Shown: positions 20,981 to 29,756 of the stretch, piece by piece
How the letters are laid out: every line of letters begins with the position of its first letter
Numbering within the stretch: the stretch's first letter is position 1
DNA from: Rubrivivax sp.
GTDB lineage: Bacteria; Pseudomonadota; Gammaproteobacteria; Burkholderiales; Burkholderiaceae_C
Assembly: GCA_043774975.1 (NCBI GenBank)
Contig: JAYVSX010000149.1
Coordinates: 376 to 64,375, forward strand
Reading direction: 5' to 3'
Length of the DNA: 64,000 nt
Program-made: the position numbers and the translations under genes
The notes under the pieces: generated by a model
Databases searched by the model: none
Seen by the model: the letters and a program-made list of their open reading frames with translations, nothing else
What the model was told of the DNA's origin: nothing

Positions 20981-22774
20981 TCACTGCTTCCAGCGCTGGC
21001 AGGCAGGGTGGCTGGAGAACTCGGCCGAGCTGCACTCTCTTTCCATGCAGACCAGGTAACGCACTCCGTCACGAGACCCACACGAGGGCCCCGGCCCAGC
21101 CGGCACGACGGCGGCAGGCGCCGGCGCAGCGCTGGGCCGTGGCGCCGGCGAATCGGTCCGCGGACGCGAACTCTCGACGGGCTTGGTGGTGACCGGGCGC
21201 CCACCGGCTCGGCCAAGTTTGTCCGCGCCTGACTCAGCCGGTATGCTTTTCAGCGGGCCCCCAGGCGCTGCGCCAATCGCGCCAGACATAACGGGCGTCG
21301 AGGTTGATGCAGTCACGGGCGGCTCTGGCGAGAGCGCACCCGATGCGGTCGGCGCTGGTGGCGTGGCCATGAAGGCCGAGGCTGCAGGCACCGAAGCCTG
21401 CGCAGCAACTGGTGTTGCCGCCAGCTCAGCAGCCGGGGCGACCGCTGATGGTTTGAAAGGGGGTTCCTCGGCCCTGGGCCAGAAGAGGAAAGCCGCAGCG
21501 CCCGCAACCGCCAACGCACCAGAAAGTACCCAGGCAAGCTTGCTTTTTGGGGGGAGCAACGTGGAGGGGTGCCGAACCTGCCCGTCCATGATTTCACCGT
21601 CGATGGCAATCGGGGCCAAGGCTTGTCCTGCACCAACCTGAGTCGAACTGGACGTAGCACCCGATGGCGTGAGCAGTTTTGACGGCTGTGGCTCCAACCA
21701 GACGTGCTCGGTGACGCTTCCCCCTGGTGTTACTCGCGCCTTGGGAACAATCTGAGTCGAGCCGTCGTCGATATCCAGGTCGATGCGACCGCTGCCGACA
21801 GGAGGAGGAAGCACGTTGGTGCGCTCCCAATGCACCACTTGGCCGTCCGGTGAACGCCGAGCCGGTGCCTTGGCTTCTCCATCCAGGACACGGCGAAGCT
21901 CGGCCACGCTCTGAGGGCGGTCAAGCGGGCGCGGGCAAAGCATCCAGTCGATGGTCTGCAAAAAGACTTCCGTACAACCCGGTACCTGTTCGGGTGTGAG
22001 GTGCGAAGCTTCGTCGTGGACGGTGCGAGCTGTGGCTGGAGACGGCGGACGACCCAGCAGCATGTAGTGCAGCGTAGCGCCCAACGCGTAAATGTCGGTC
22101 CACGGCCCCTGCCTGACCGAACCTGCCTCGCCGTACTGCTCAATCGGTGCGTAAGCGGGCTTTAGGATGGCGGTGAGCGCCTGGCTCTTGTCGCTGAGCA
22201 CCCGGCGTGCCGCGCCAAAGTCGAGCAACACCGGTCGGCCATCGGGCTCAATCTGGATGTTGTCGGGCGCAATGTCGCGGTGGTAGACATCTTCACTGTG
22301 CAGTTTCTCGATGGCGCCCAAAAGCGGCATCAGGATGTTGCGCATCCAGGTCTCATCGGGTGAGCCCGTCATCGCAGACCGAATTTCCTTGAGCGTGCGT
22401 CCGCGCAGCACCGGCATGGCCATGTACGCGGTGCCGTTGGCTTCCCAAAAGCGGTGCACCTTCAGCAGCGACGGGTGGTCAAACCGGGCCAACAACTTGG
22501 CTTCATTGACAAACGAGCGCAGACCCAAGGCAAAACTCTCGGCGTCCGAATGTGAGCGCAGCGACACGTGCATGGTCTCGGTGCGACCCGCCAGCGAAGC
22601 CGGCATGTACTCCTTGACGGCCACTTCACGTTCAAGGGCATGATCAAAAGCCAGATACACGATGCCAAAACCGCCGACCCCCAGCAGGCTGAGCAGCTCA
22701 AACTCACCCAACCTCGTGCCGGGCGGCAAAGCGCTGGGCGTATCGGTGTGGAACGAAGAGGAGTCTGAAGCCAT
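20981..22774 (-). CDS. Membrane-anchored Hanks-type Ser/Thr protein kinase with Pro-rich stalk and C-terminal 4-Cys domain
   Basis: Motifs GVGGFG, VAVKEY, HRDIAPDNI, DFG and YAPIE; TM helix LAWVLSGALAVAGAAAFLFW. Confidence 0.9.
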   Translation of the reverse strand: MASDSSSFHTDTPSALPPGTRLGEFELLSLLGVGGFGIVYLAFDHALEREVAVKEYMPASLAGRTETMHVSLRSHSDAESFALGLRSFVNEAKLLARFDHPSLLKVHRFWEANGTAYMAMPVLRGRTLKEIRSAMTGSPDETWMRNILMPLLGAIEKLHSEDVYHRDIAPDNIQIEPDGRPVLLDFGAARRVLSDKSQALTAILKPAYAPIEQYGEAGSVRQGPWTDIYALGATLHYMLLGRPPSPATARTVHDEASHLTPEQVPGCTEVFLQTIDWMLCPRPLDRPQSVAELRRVLDGEAKAPARRSPDGQVVHWERTNVLPPPVGSGRIDLDIDDGSTQIVPKARVTPGGSVTEHVWLEPQPSKLLTPSGATSSSTQVGAGQALAPIAIDGEIMDGQVRHPSTLLPPKSKLAWVLSGALAVAGAAAFLFWPRAEEPPFKPSAVAPAAELAATPVAAQASVPAASAFMATPPAPTASGALSPEPPVTASTSTPVMSGAIGAAPGGPLKSIPAESGADKLGRAGGRPVTTKPVESSRPRTDSPAPRPSAAPAPAAVVPAGPGPSCGSRDGVRYLVCMERECSSAEFSSHPACQRWKQ

Positions 22775-22877
22775 GCCTAAAGTAGCTTACCAGGGAAGGT
22801 AATCGGGGAAATCCACCTTCCAGTGCTTGCGGACAGCGCTTTTCGTGAGTTATCAGCCCTTCACCTGTGCAGCCCTT

Positions 22878-23040
22878 GCCGTGCGCTCACTCTTCATCGG
22901 GCGATCCAACCCGCTGGGCGAAGTGGAGTCGGGCACCACGGCGGCCTGGCTGGGGCCCGTGGGTTCGGTGGTCCTCGGGGGGGGTGGGCGTGTTGCTGGT
23001 GGCAGCTGCTTGGCCGCGCCTGTTCCCGGCGCTGGCCCCG
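22878..23040 (+). pseudogene. C-terminal relic of an MFS transporter
   Basis: SLFIGRSNPLGEVESGTTAAWLGPVGSVVLGG, then a frameshift at G8 (22977-22984), then VGVLLVAAAWPRLFPAL. Resembles the last two TM helices of an MFS permease. Confidence 0.6.
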
Positions 23041-23145
23041 CAATACGCCCTGCTCCCAGGCGGCACAGGTCGATCTCATCTGGCGGAATGAGTCGAGGCA
23101 CGGGCCTGGAACGCAGCGCAGGCTGAAGGGGGAAAAGCAAGGACA

Positions 23146-24228
23146 TCACCCTCGCTTGGCGACAGCGCGCAGCCGCGCGTTGCGCCCGCGGGCTTTCCAC
23201 TGCTGCACCTGCACCTTGCGCTCCAGCGCCGTGAAGGTGTCGCGCCGGGCTTCCCGCAGCAGCTTGTTGTAGTTTTTCAGCCGCTCAGGGGACACGTTGT
23301 CGCGCACCGCGCAACCGGGTTCATCTTCATGGATGCAGTCGCGAAAGCGGCATTGCTGGGCCAGCTGGGCGATGTCGCCGAAGGCTGCTCCAATCTCTGT
23401 GGCGTCGCCGTCCAGGCGAAGCGTGCGCAAGCCCGGGGTGTCGATGATGCAGGCGCCGTTGGGTAACCCATGCAGGCTGCGCGCGGTGGTGGTGTGGCGA
23501 CCTCGTCCATCATCGATGCGGTTGGCACCGGTGATGGCCACCACCCGCCCCGTCAGCGTATTGGTGAGCGTGCTCTTGCCTGTGCCGCTGGAGCCCAGCA
23601 GCACCAATGTCTGGCCCGGTTGCAACCAAGGGCTCAAGACCGCGCAGCTGATGGGATCAAGGGCATTCACCGCCACCGCTGTTGCCGCGGGCGGCAGCAG
23701 AGCCTGCACCTGTTGCAAGCGTGCACCGGTATCGACGCAAAGGTCGGCCTTGGTCAGAACCACCACGGGCAAGACACGGGCCATTTGCACCAAGGCCACA
23801 AAACGCTCCAGTCGTCGCAGGCTGAAGTCGTGATCCAGGCCCATCACCAGCAATGCCGTATCGACGTTGCTCACAATGACCACTCGGGTCACCTTGTCAC
23901 GCCCGTCATGGAGGCGTCGCGCCAGTTGGTTGACGGGCGGGACCCGCTCGTGCACCCACCACTCCTGGTGCGCGTTTTGCTGGACCAGCACCCAGTCGCC
24001 CACGGCAATCGACTCGCCATCGGCCATCATCATGGCCCGCATGGCGGGTAACAAGCGACCTGCGTGTTCGGCGCAGCCGTCGTGCAAAGTCAAGCCTTCG
24101 CGTTGAACCTCGGTCACGCGCATCAGCTCAGGCTCACTGCAAGCGGGGTGCAGGGCCACCAATTCTTGAATAACCGCCGGCGTCAGGCCAATGTTGCGCA
24201 GGCATTCGAAAGCATGTGAGTCGATCAT
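23146..24228 (-). CDS. rsgA: Ribosome small subunit-dependent GTPase A
   Basis: Circularly permuted GTPase: TKADL (G4), GSSGTGKS (G1) and DTPG (G3); Zn finger CRFRDCIHEDEPGC. Confidence 0.94.
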   Translation of the reverse strand: MIDSHAFECLRNIGLTPAVIQELVALHPACSEPELMRVTEVQREGLTLHDGCAEHAGRLLPAMRAMMMADGESIAVGDWVLVQQNAHQEWWVHERVPPVNQLARRLHDGRDKVTRVVIVSNVDTALLVMGLDHDFSLRRLERFVALVQMARVLPVVVLTKADLCVDTGARLQQVQALLPPAATAVAVNALDPISCAVLSPWLQPGQTLVLLGSSGTGKSTLTNTLTGRVVAITGANRIDDGRGRHTTTARSLHGLPNGACIIDTPGLRTLRLDGDATEIGAAFGDIAQLAQQCRFRDCIHEDEPGCAVRDNVSPERLKNYNKLLREARRDTFTALERKVQVQQWKARGRNARLRAVAKRG

Positions 24229-24295
24229 GGATGTTCCGGACAAGACAAACCATCGCGGCGCCAAGGCAACCGCATTGACCAAAGCGCAAAGCTTC

Positions 24296-24470
24296 GGTCG
24301 CGTCAGGAGATGGGGGTCTGTCGGCCGCGACCAGGGGTCACGGCAACACGGAAAACATCAAAGCAGCTGGGCTGCGATCGGGGCCCAAGGCCCAGAAAAC
24401 CGTGTGCGCGTGGTTAAAGCGCGCGAGCCGACAAGAGGGCAATATGAGTGGTTTTCATGGCGGTCCTCCT
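24296..24470 (-). promoter_or_regulatory. Putative translated attenuator-like leader of rsgA
   Basis: AGGAGG (24470-24465) before ATG 24458 (MKTTHIALLSARAL*); overlapping mini-ORFs; alternative pairings of GGTCGCGG. Confidence 0.6.
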
Positions 24471-24581
24471 GCAGTTCGGTTGATGGAAGGCTCGCAATGT
24501 GCTCCTGAGCTGCTCGGTCGTCAAGCTCTCTCTCGGTATACGTCGCGGCGGGTCCACAACCCAGCCGATATGCTGCCGACC

Positions 24582-25205
24582 ATGATCGAGTTGAATCTGA
24601 TTCATGTCGACGAAGCTTTGCTTGTGGTGAACAAGCCCGCGGGCTTGCTCTGCGTGCCTGGCAAGGGCGACGGCCGGTGGCACAACCTGACAACCGAGCT
24701 GCGCCATCAATTCCCTGAGGCGCTGGTGGTTCATCGGCTCGATCAAGCCACCTCGGGGCTAATGCTGTTCGCCCGCACGGCTGAAGCGCAACGCGGTCTG
24801 AGCATGGCGTTTGAATGTCGGCAGGTGGACAAACAGTATGTCAGTGTGGTCTGTGGCCTGATGACTGAGGAAGAAGGCGTGATCGACGCGCCACTGGCGC
24901 CAGACTGGCCACGACGACCACGCCAAAAGGTGGACTTGGAAACAGGCAAACCATCCGTCACACGCTGGCGCGTTTTGCACCGCGAGAGCAGCACCACCCG
25001 GCTGCAGCTTCTGCCCCTGACGGGGCGATCGCACCAGCTGCGGGTTCATCTGCTGTCCATCGGTCATCCCATCGTGGGCGACGAGTTGTATGGTGAGGTG
25101 TCCGCGTCAGCGCCGGGTCGCATGCTCTTGCACGCCTCCCGTCTGGGCTTGCGCCACCCCGTGACGCAAGCTGAAATGGCCTTCCACAGTGCCGCACCGT
25201 TTTGA
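24582..25205 (+). CDS. rluA: RluA-family pseudouridine synthase
   Basis: Motifs VNKPAGL, VHRLDQATSGL, TGRSHQLRVH and GHPIVGD. Confidence 0.9.
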   Translation: MIELNLIHVDEALLVVNKPAGLLCVPGKGDGRWHNLTTELRHQFPEALVVHRLDQATSGLMLFARTAEAQRGLSMAFECRQVDKQYVSVVCGLMTEEEGVIDAPLAPDWPRRPRQKVDLETGKPSVTRWRVLHRESSTTRLQLLPLTGRSHQLRVHLLSIGHPIVGDELYGEVSASAPGRMLLHASRLGLRHPVTQAEMAFHSAAPF

Positions 25206-25291
25206 CCCCATCGGGCCACTACAGTCCACTGTCGGCATCGCGTTCACCACGGCCTGCGAGCGGCACGCCATGTTTTTGAAAGGGTTGTGAC

Positions 25292-26032
25292 ATGCACCTG
25301 ACGGTACTCACAGGCGCTTCGCGCGGCCTTGGCAGAGCTCTCCTGGATCTGTTGTTGCAGCGAGGACATCTTGTACTGGCGCTTTCCCGCGGGAACATCG
25401 ACCTGGGCGGGGATCATTTGGGTCAGCTCTTCCACTGGAGCGTCGACCTCGCGGATGCTGCTCCGGTGGCCATGCGCCTGACCCACTGGCTGGCTGAAGT
25501 GGACACCCGAAACCTCGCGTCCGCGACGCTGATCAACAACGCTGGCGTGGTGTCGCGATTGGCGCCACTGTCAGATGTCAGTTCGTCCGATCTGGTCAAC
25601 GCCTTGCGCGTCGGCTTGGAGGCGCCCACCCTGCTCACGGCTGCCTTTTTGAAGGCCTCGGAAGAGTGGCCGGTGCCACGCAAGGTGGTTTTGGTGTCTT
25701 CGGGCCTGGGTCGAAGGGCGATGGCGGCCAGTGCGTCTTACTGCGCTGCCAAGGCCGGGCTCGATCACCTGGCCAGGTCGGTGGCGCTGGAGGAAGCGGC
25801 CAAGTCTGCCGGCGCTCGCATCGTCTCGCTGGCCCCAGGTGTGATTGACACCGACATGCAAGTCCAACTGCGGGCCGCTGATCCAGCCCTCTTTCCGGAA
25901 CGACATCGCTTCACCCAACTGAAGTCAGCGGGCCAGTTGGACAGCCCCGTCCTCGCGGCAACAAAACTCTTGACCTACATGGACCGGGCCGACTTTGGCA
26001 GCCAAGCTGTTGGGGATGTCCGTGACGCGTGA
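25292..26032 (+). CDS. Short-chain dehydrogenase/reductase (sepiapterin/benzil reductase-like)
   Basis: Motifs TGASRGLG, LINNAG, YCAAK and PGVIDTDMQ. Confidence 0.85.
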   Translation: MHLTVLTGASRGLGRALLDLLLQRGHLVLALSRGNIDLGGDHLGQLFHWSVDLADAAPVAMRLTHWLAEVDTRNLASATLINNAGVVSRLAPLSDVSSSDLVNALRVGLEAPTLLTAAFLKASEEWPVPRKVVLVSSGLGRRAMAASASYCAAKAGLDHLARSVALEEAAKSAGARIVSLAPGVIDTDMQVQLRAADPALFPERHRFTQLKSAGQLDSPVLAATKLLTYMDRADFGSQAVGDVRDA

Positions 26033-26056
26033 GCAAGATCGCGCCGTTGTTTGCCG

Positions 26057-27553
26057 TCAAGTGGTCATCCAGGCTGCCAGATCGGCCTTGAGCTGAATCA
26101 GGTCGGCTTGGCGTGTGTACATCATGTGTCCAGCGTCGTAATAGCGGTGCTGCACACGGTTGAGCACGTCTGCTGGTGCGTCAAGTTGAGCCAGGCTCCA
26201 GTCGCTGGCGCTGTACGGCGTGCCCAGGTCGTAGCGCCCGCTGGCCGCCAGGACCTTCAGTTGGGTGTTGCGCCGCAGGGCCAGCGCCAGGTCGGGACTG
26301 GTCGAACAAAAACCCATGCGGCTGCTGTCCCCACGGTTCCAGTTCCAGCTCGTGTGCACATCTCGTGACAGCACCTGGTAGCGTTGCTCGAAGTTCAGGC
26401 CGAGCTGCTCGCTGAAGTAGGCCATGGCGGCCATGGCGTAGGGGGCCGCAATGGCTTCGATGCCGGGATCAAACTCCCACTCACGGGTGCGGCTGGCTGC
26501 CATGGGGCCGGTCGAACGAGCTTCCAGCCGCCCCACGATGCGACCCTGGCTTCGCATGGCTTCAAAGAAGAAGGTTTGATCGCTGATGCGCAGGTTCTTC
26601 TCTTCGACCAATGGGCGCGGCAAGCCCGTTAGTTCGCTCAGGCGCTTGGCTACACGTGTGCGTTCGCCGTTGCTCAGCCGCGAGCCGGCTTGCAAGGCCG
26701 CGGCGTACTCCTCTTGCACGTAGGACTCGGCGGCTTCCCGCGCTGCCTGCGGCGACGTTGACGGCGCACCTTTCAACAAACCGTGGTACTGGGCCACGTT
26801 GGCAAATGCCGGGAGAAACAGAGAAAAGGGCAGATCGTTGGCTGGCGCAAAGACAATGCTCTGCAGGTCCATGGCGCACGACACCAAGATGACTCCAGAC
26901 AGCACCACACCCAACTCTTGCAATTTGTTGGAAAGGCCCGCGCCCCGCGTCGTGCCATAGCTCTCTCCGGCGAGGTAGATCGGAGATCCCCAACGCCGAT
27001 GGCGGGTGAGCCACATGCGCAGGGTCTCGGCCAGGGCTTCGATGTCGCCATCAACGGAGAGCACCTTCTTGCGTGCCGCTTCGTTGGCAGTTGACGACCA
27101 GCCAGTGTGCGGTGGGTCGATGAAGACCAGGTCGAAGTGCTCGAACCAGCTGTGGGGGTTGTCCTCGACGCAATAGGGCGCGCGCGGCATGCTGCCGTCA
27201 TCGGGCACCACCACGCGTTTGGGACCCAACGCACCCAGGTGCAACCAGATCGAAGCCGAGCCAGGGCCGCCGTTGAAGGCAAAGCACACCGGGCGACCGG
27301 CGGCTGGCGAGGCCTTCAGCAGATAAGCGGTGGTCATGATGGCGGCGTCAGGTTCCCCCTGCCCGCCTGGCGCAACAGCCATGAAGGCTGCTTCGACGTC
27401 GTATTCCAACCTGCGCCCCGCCAGCTGCACGCTGCCGCTGCTCTTGGCAGCCGGTGTGCTCAGCAGCTTGTCAAATCGTTCTTTCTGGAGCTTGACCGCG
27501 TCGGCGTCGGCCGTGCTGGTGGGGGTGGGGGTGGAAGCGCTGGGCTCAGTCAT
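26057..27553 (-). CDS. Serine carboxypeptidase, peptidase S10 family
   Basis: Motifs FNGGPGSASIW, GESYG (nucleophile), YDLGTP and GHMMY. Confidence 0.9.
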   Translation of the reverse strand: MTEPSASTPTPTSTADADAVKLQKERFDKLLSTPAAKSSGSVQLAGRRLEYDVEAAFMAVAPGGQGEPDAAIMTTAYLLKASPAAGRPVCFAFNGGPGSASIWLHLGALGPKRVVVPDDGSMPRAPYCVEDNPHSWFEHFDLVFIDPPHTGWSSTANEAARKKVLSVDGDIEALAETLRMWLTRHRRWGSPIYLAGESYGTTRGAGLSNKLQELGVVLSGVILVSCAMDLQSIVFAPANDLPFSLFLPAFANVAQYHGLLKGAPSTSPQAAREAAESYVQEEYAAALQAGSRLSNGERTRVAKRLSELTGLPRPLVEEKNLRISDQTFFFEAMRSQGRIVGRLEARSTGPMAASRTREWEFDPGIEAIAAPYAMAAMAYFSEQLGLNFEQRYQVLSRDVHTSWNWNRGDSSRMGFCSTSPDLALALRRNTQLKVLAASGRYDLGTPYSASDWSLAQLDAPADVLNRVQHRYYDAGHMMYTRQADLIQLKADLAAWMTT

Positions 27554-27601
27554 GGTTTTCTCGCCAAGATCAAAGTGTTCGACGTTAGCGCACACGCCAC
27601 C

Positions 27602-28585
27602 TCAGGGACTTGCGAGAAACCCCGCATAGCGCTTCAGGTCCACGTTGCCGCCGCTGACGATCACGCCCACCCGTTTGCCTCGCACAGGAATCACCCCTTC
27701 CATCACCGCCGCGGCCCCCAGACAACCCGTGGGCTCGACCACTGTCTTCATGCGCTCAGCGAAGAAGCGCATGCTGGACACCAGTTGTTCATCGGTGACC
27801 GTCACCACAGCCTTGACCAGCTGTTGGATGACCGGAAAGGTCAGCATGCCACTGTGCTGGGTCTGCGCACCGTCGGCAATGGTCTTGGGCGTGTCGATGT
27901 GAACGATGCGCCCCTGAGCCAGGCTCATCTGGGTGTCGTTGCCGGCCTCCGGTTCAACGCCCCACACCTCGATGCCCGGGCTCAAGTGATGCGCAGCCAC
28001 GGCGCAACCCGAGATCAGACCGCCACCACCCACACAAACCACCAGCAAATCCAGCGGCCCGGTTTGCTTCAGCAACTCGGCTGCCGCAGTCCCCTGCCCC
28101 GCCATGACGTGCGGATGGTCATACGGTGGAATCAGGGTCATGCCACGCTCGGAGGCAAGCTGCTTGCCAATGGCTTCCCGGTCTTGCGTATAGCGGTCGT
28201 ACAGCACCACTTCGCTGCCCGCCTGACCGCTTTGGTATTGGCGCGTGGCGGCCAGTTTGGCGGCCGGCGAGTCGAGTGGCATGACGATCACAGACGGCAT
28301 GCTCAACAGTCGGGCCGACAGCGCAATGGCCTGGGCATGGTTGCCGGAAGAAAAGGCGATGACGCCGCCACGCCGCTGTTGTGGCGTGAACTGGGCCAAT
28401 GCGTTGAACGCGCCGCGAAACTTGAAAGCGCCCATGCGCTGGTGGTTCTCGCACTTGAAAAAGACTTCGGCCCCGGTTCGCTGGTTTGCGGTGGAGGAGG
28501 TCAATACGGGCGTGAGGTGCGCATGCCCCTGGATGCGCTTTGCCGCGGCTTCGATGTCGGAATAGGTGATGGCCAAGGTGCCCAC
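27602..28585 (-). CDS. PLP-dependent threo-3-hydroxy-L-aspartate ammonia-lyase / Ser-Thr dehydratase family
   Basis: Motifs KCENHQRMGAFKFRGA, SSGNHAQ, VGGGGLISG and SGGNVD. Confidence 0.88.
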   Translation of the reverse strand: MGTLAITYSDIEAAAKRIQGHAHLTPVLTSSTANQRTGAEVFFKCENHQRMGAFKFRGAFNALAQFTPQQRRGGVIAFSSGNHAQAIALSARLLSMPSVIVMPLDSPAAKLAATRQYQSGQAGSEVVLYDRYTQDREAIGKQLASERGMTLIPPYDHPHVMAGQGTAAAELLKQTGPLDLLVVCVGGGGLISGCAVAAHHLSPGIEVWGVEPEAGNDTQMSLAQGRIVHIDTPKTIADGAQTQHSGMLTFPVIQQLVKAVVTVTDEQLVSSMRFFAERMKTVVEPTGCLGAAAVMEGVIPVRGKRVGVIVSGGNVDLKRYAGFLASP

Positions 28586-28588
28586 TGG

Positions 28589-29332
28589 TCAGTCTCCTGG
28601 TGGGCCTTGAAAGCCTCGGCTGCGGAAAGTCAACACCAGGGTGTCGCGCCAACTGGGCTGGCTCGCATCCAAAGGCTGAATGGGGGTGGACTCGTGGATG
28701 ACCCGTTCATCGTCAAGCAGCAGCACGCTCCACGGTTCGTCCAGTGTGAAGCGAACGCCCTGCGGCCCGCGTGCGTCGAAGACCCGCGTCTCGCCGCCTT
28801 TGACATTGCTCCGCCCTACAAAAATCACCGCGACCAGATCAACGCCGTCGCGATGGGCGCCTTCGGGCGTGGGTCTGCCGATGCCATCGACGGCCTCGAT
28901 CCGAAAGGGATGCGCTTCGACGAACCAGCGTTGCGGCCCACGCAGCCCGCTGGCCAGGCTGGCCAGCGCCACCAGCAGTCGGCCCCAGTCCGGATCTGCG
29001 GCAAGCGCCTGGGGCAGCGCTTCGAAACGTCGCTGGATGCCACCGTGCAATGCGTTGTATTCCAAGGGCTGCCAGTGGGGACGGTGCGCAGCAGCCTGGC
29101 AGTGTTGACCCTCAATCTCAAAACAACCGTGCCGACGCCGCCGATAGCGACCACCGTCGCGCAGATGCTGGTCAATCGGCAGGTCGAACCAGAAGGCCTC
29201 CCAGGCTCTGAATTGGCCTGGACTGATCTGCGTCAGAACCGTCAGCGACTGTCGATCCATCACGGCCCAGCCTTGGACCGCCAATTGCGACGCCAACTGG
29301 TCCTGGGGGGTCAAAGGCGGGGAAGGATTCAT
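28589..29332 (-). CDS. Fe(II)/2-oxoglutarate dioxygenase (2OG-Fe_Oxy_2/BsmA-like)
   Basis: Motifs YRRRRH, PTPEGAHRDG (HxD), IHESTPI and RDTLVLTF. Confidence 0.85.
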   Translation of the reverse strand: MNPSPPLTPQDQLASQLAVQGWAVMDRQSLTVLTQISPGQFRAWEAFWFDLPIDQHLRDGGRYRRRRHGCFEIEGQHCQAAAHRPHWQPLEYNALHGGIQRRFEALPQALAADPDWGRLLVALASLASGLRGPQRWFVEAHPFRIEAVDGIGRPTPEGAHRDGVDLVAVIFVGRSNVKGGETRVFDARGPQGVRFTLDEPWSVLLLDDERVIHESTPIQPLDASQPSWRDTLVLTFRSRGFQGPPGD

Positions 29333-29432
29333 CCTGCGATGTGAAACGGAATGGGTCGAATGCAGCAATTCTGGGGGAAGCTCTCCAATCCGGTGTCAGC
29401 TTGCTCGAGCTTTCAGCCGTTAACCTGACATC

Positions 29433-29669
29433 GTGATGAATCCTCTGCCCTACTCAACCACTGCTGCTGACGGCGCCGACTTGCTGCCGTTGGTGCAAAT
29501 CATCGAGCTGAAGTGGTTGCTGGCGGGAGAGGGCATTTACATCCACGTGGGTCGGGTCCAGCATGACCCCAGCTATGCCCGCCTTGCGCTGCTTCAGGCT
29601 GCCTCATCCAGCAACCCCATCGTGCGCGCCATGGCCGCGCGGTTGCAAGGCAGCCTTTCTTCTGACTGA
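29433..29669 (+). CDS. Small hypothetical protein
   Basis: Fills an intergenic gap; protein-like composition (ELKWLLAGEG); TAACCT 6 nt before the GTG start. Confidence 0.6.
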   Translation: MMNPLPYSTTAADGADLLPLVQIIELKWLLAGEGIYIHVGRVQHDPSYARLALLQAASSSNPIVRAMAARLQGSLSSD

Positions 29670-29756
29670 CTTCAGTCAGGGTCGGCTGGCAGGGGCCACG
29701 CTGCCGGCGTAGCATCTGCCACCACCCGCACCAAGAGGCGGGCATAAGGGCCGCAG

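Noticed and set aside
27107-29344. 745-aa plus-strand ORF (also 47798-50158, 1487-2959 and 6811-8121)
   Set aside because: These lie antisense to well-supported genes and show no motifs; such ORFs are expected from high-GC codon bias.
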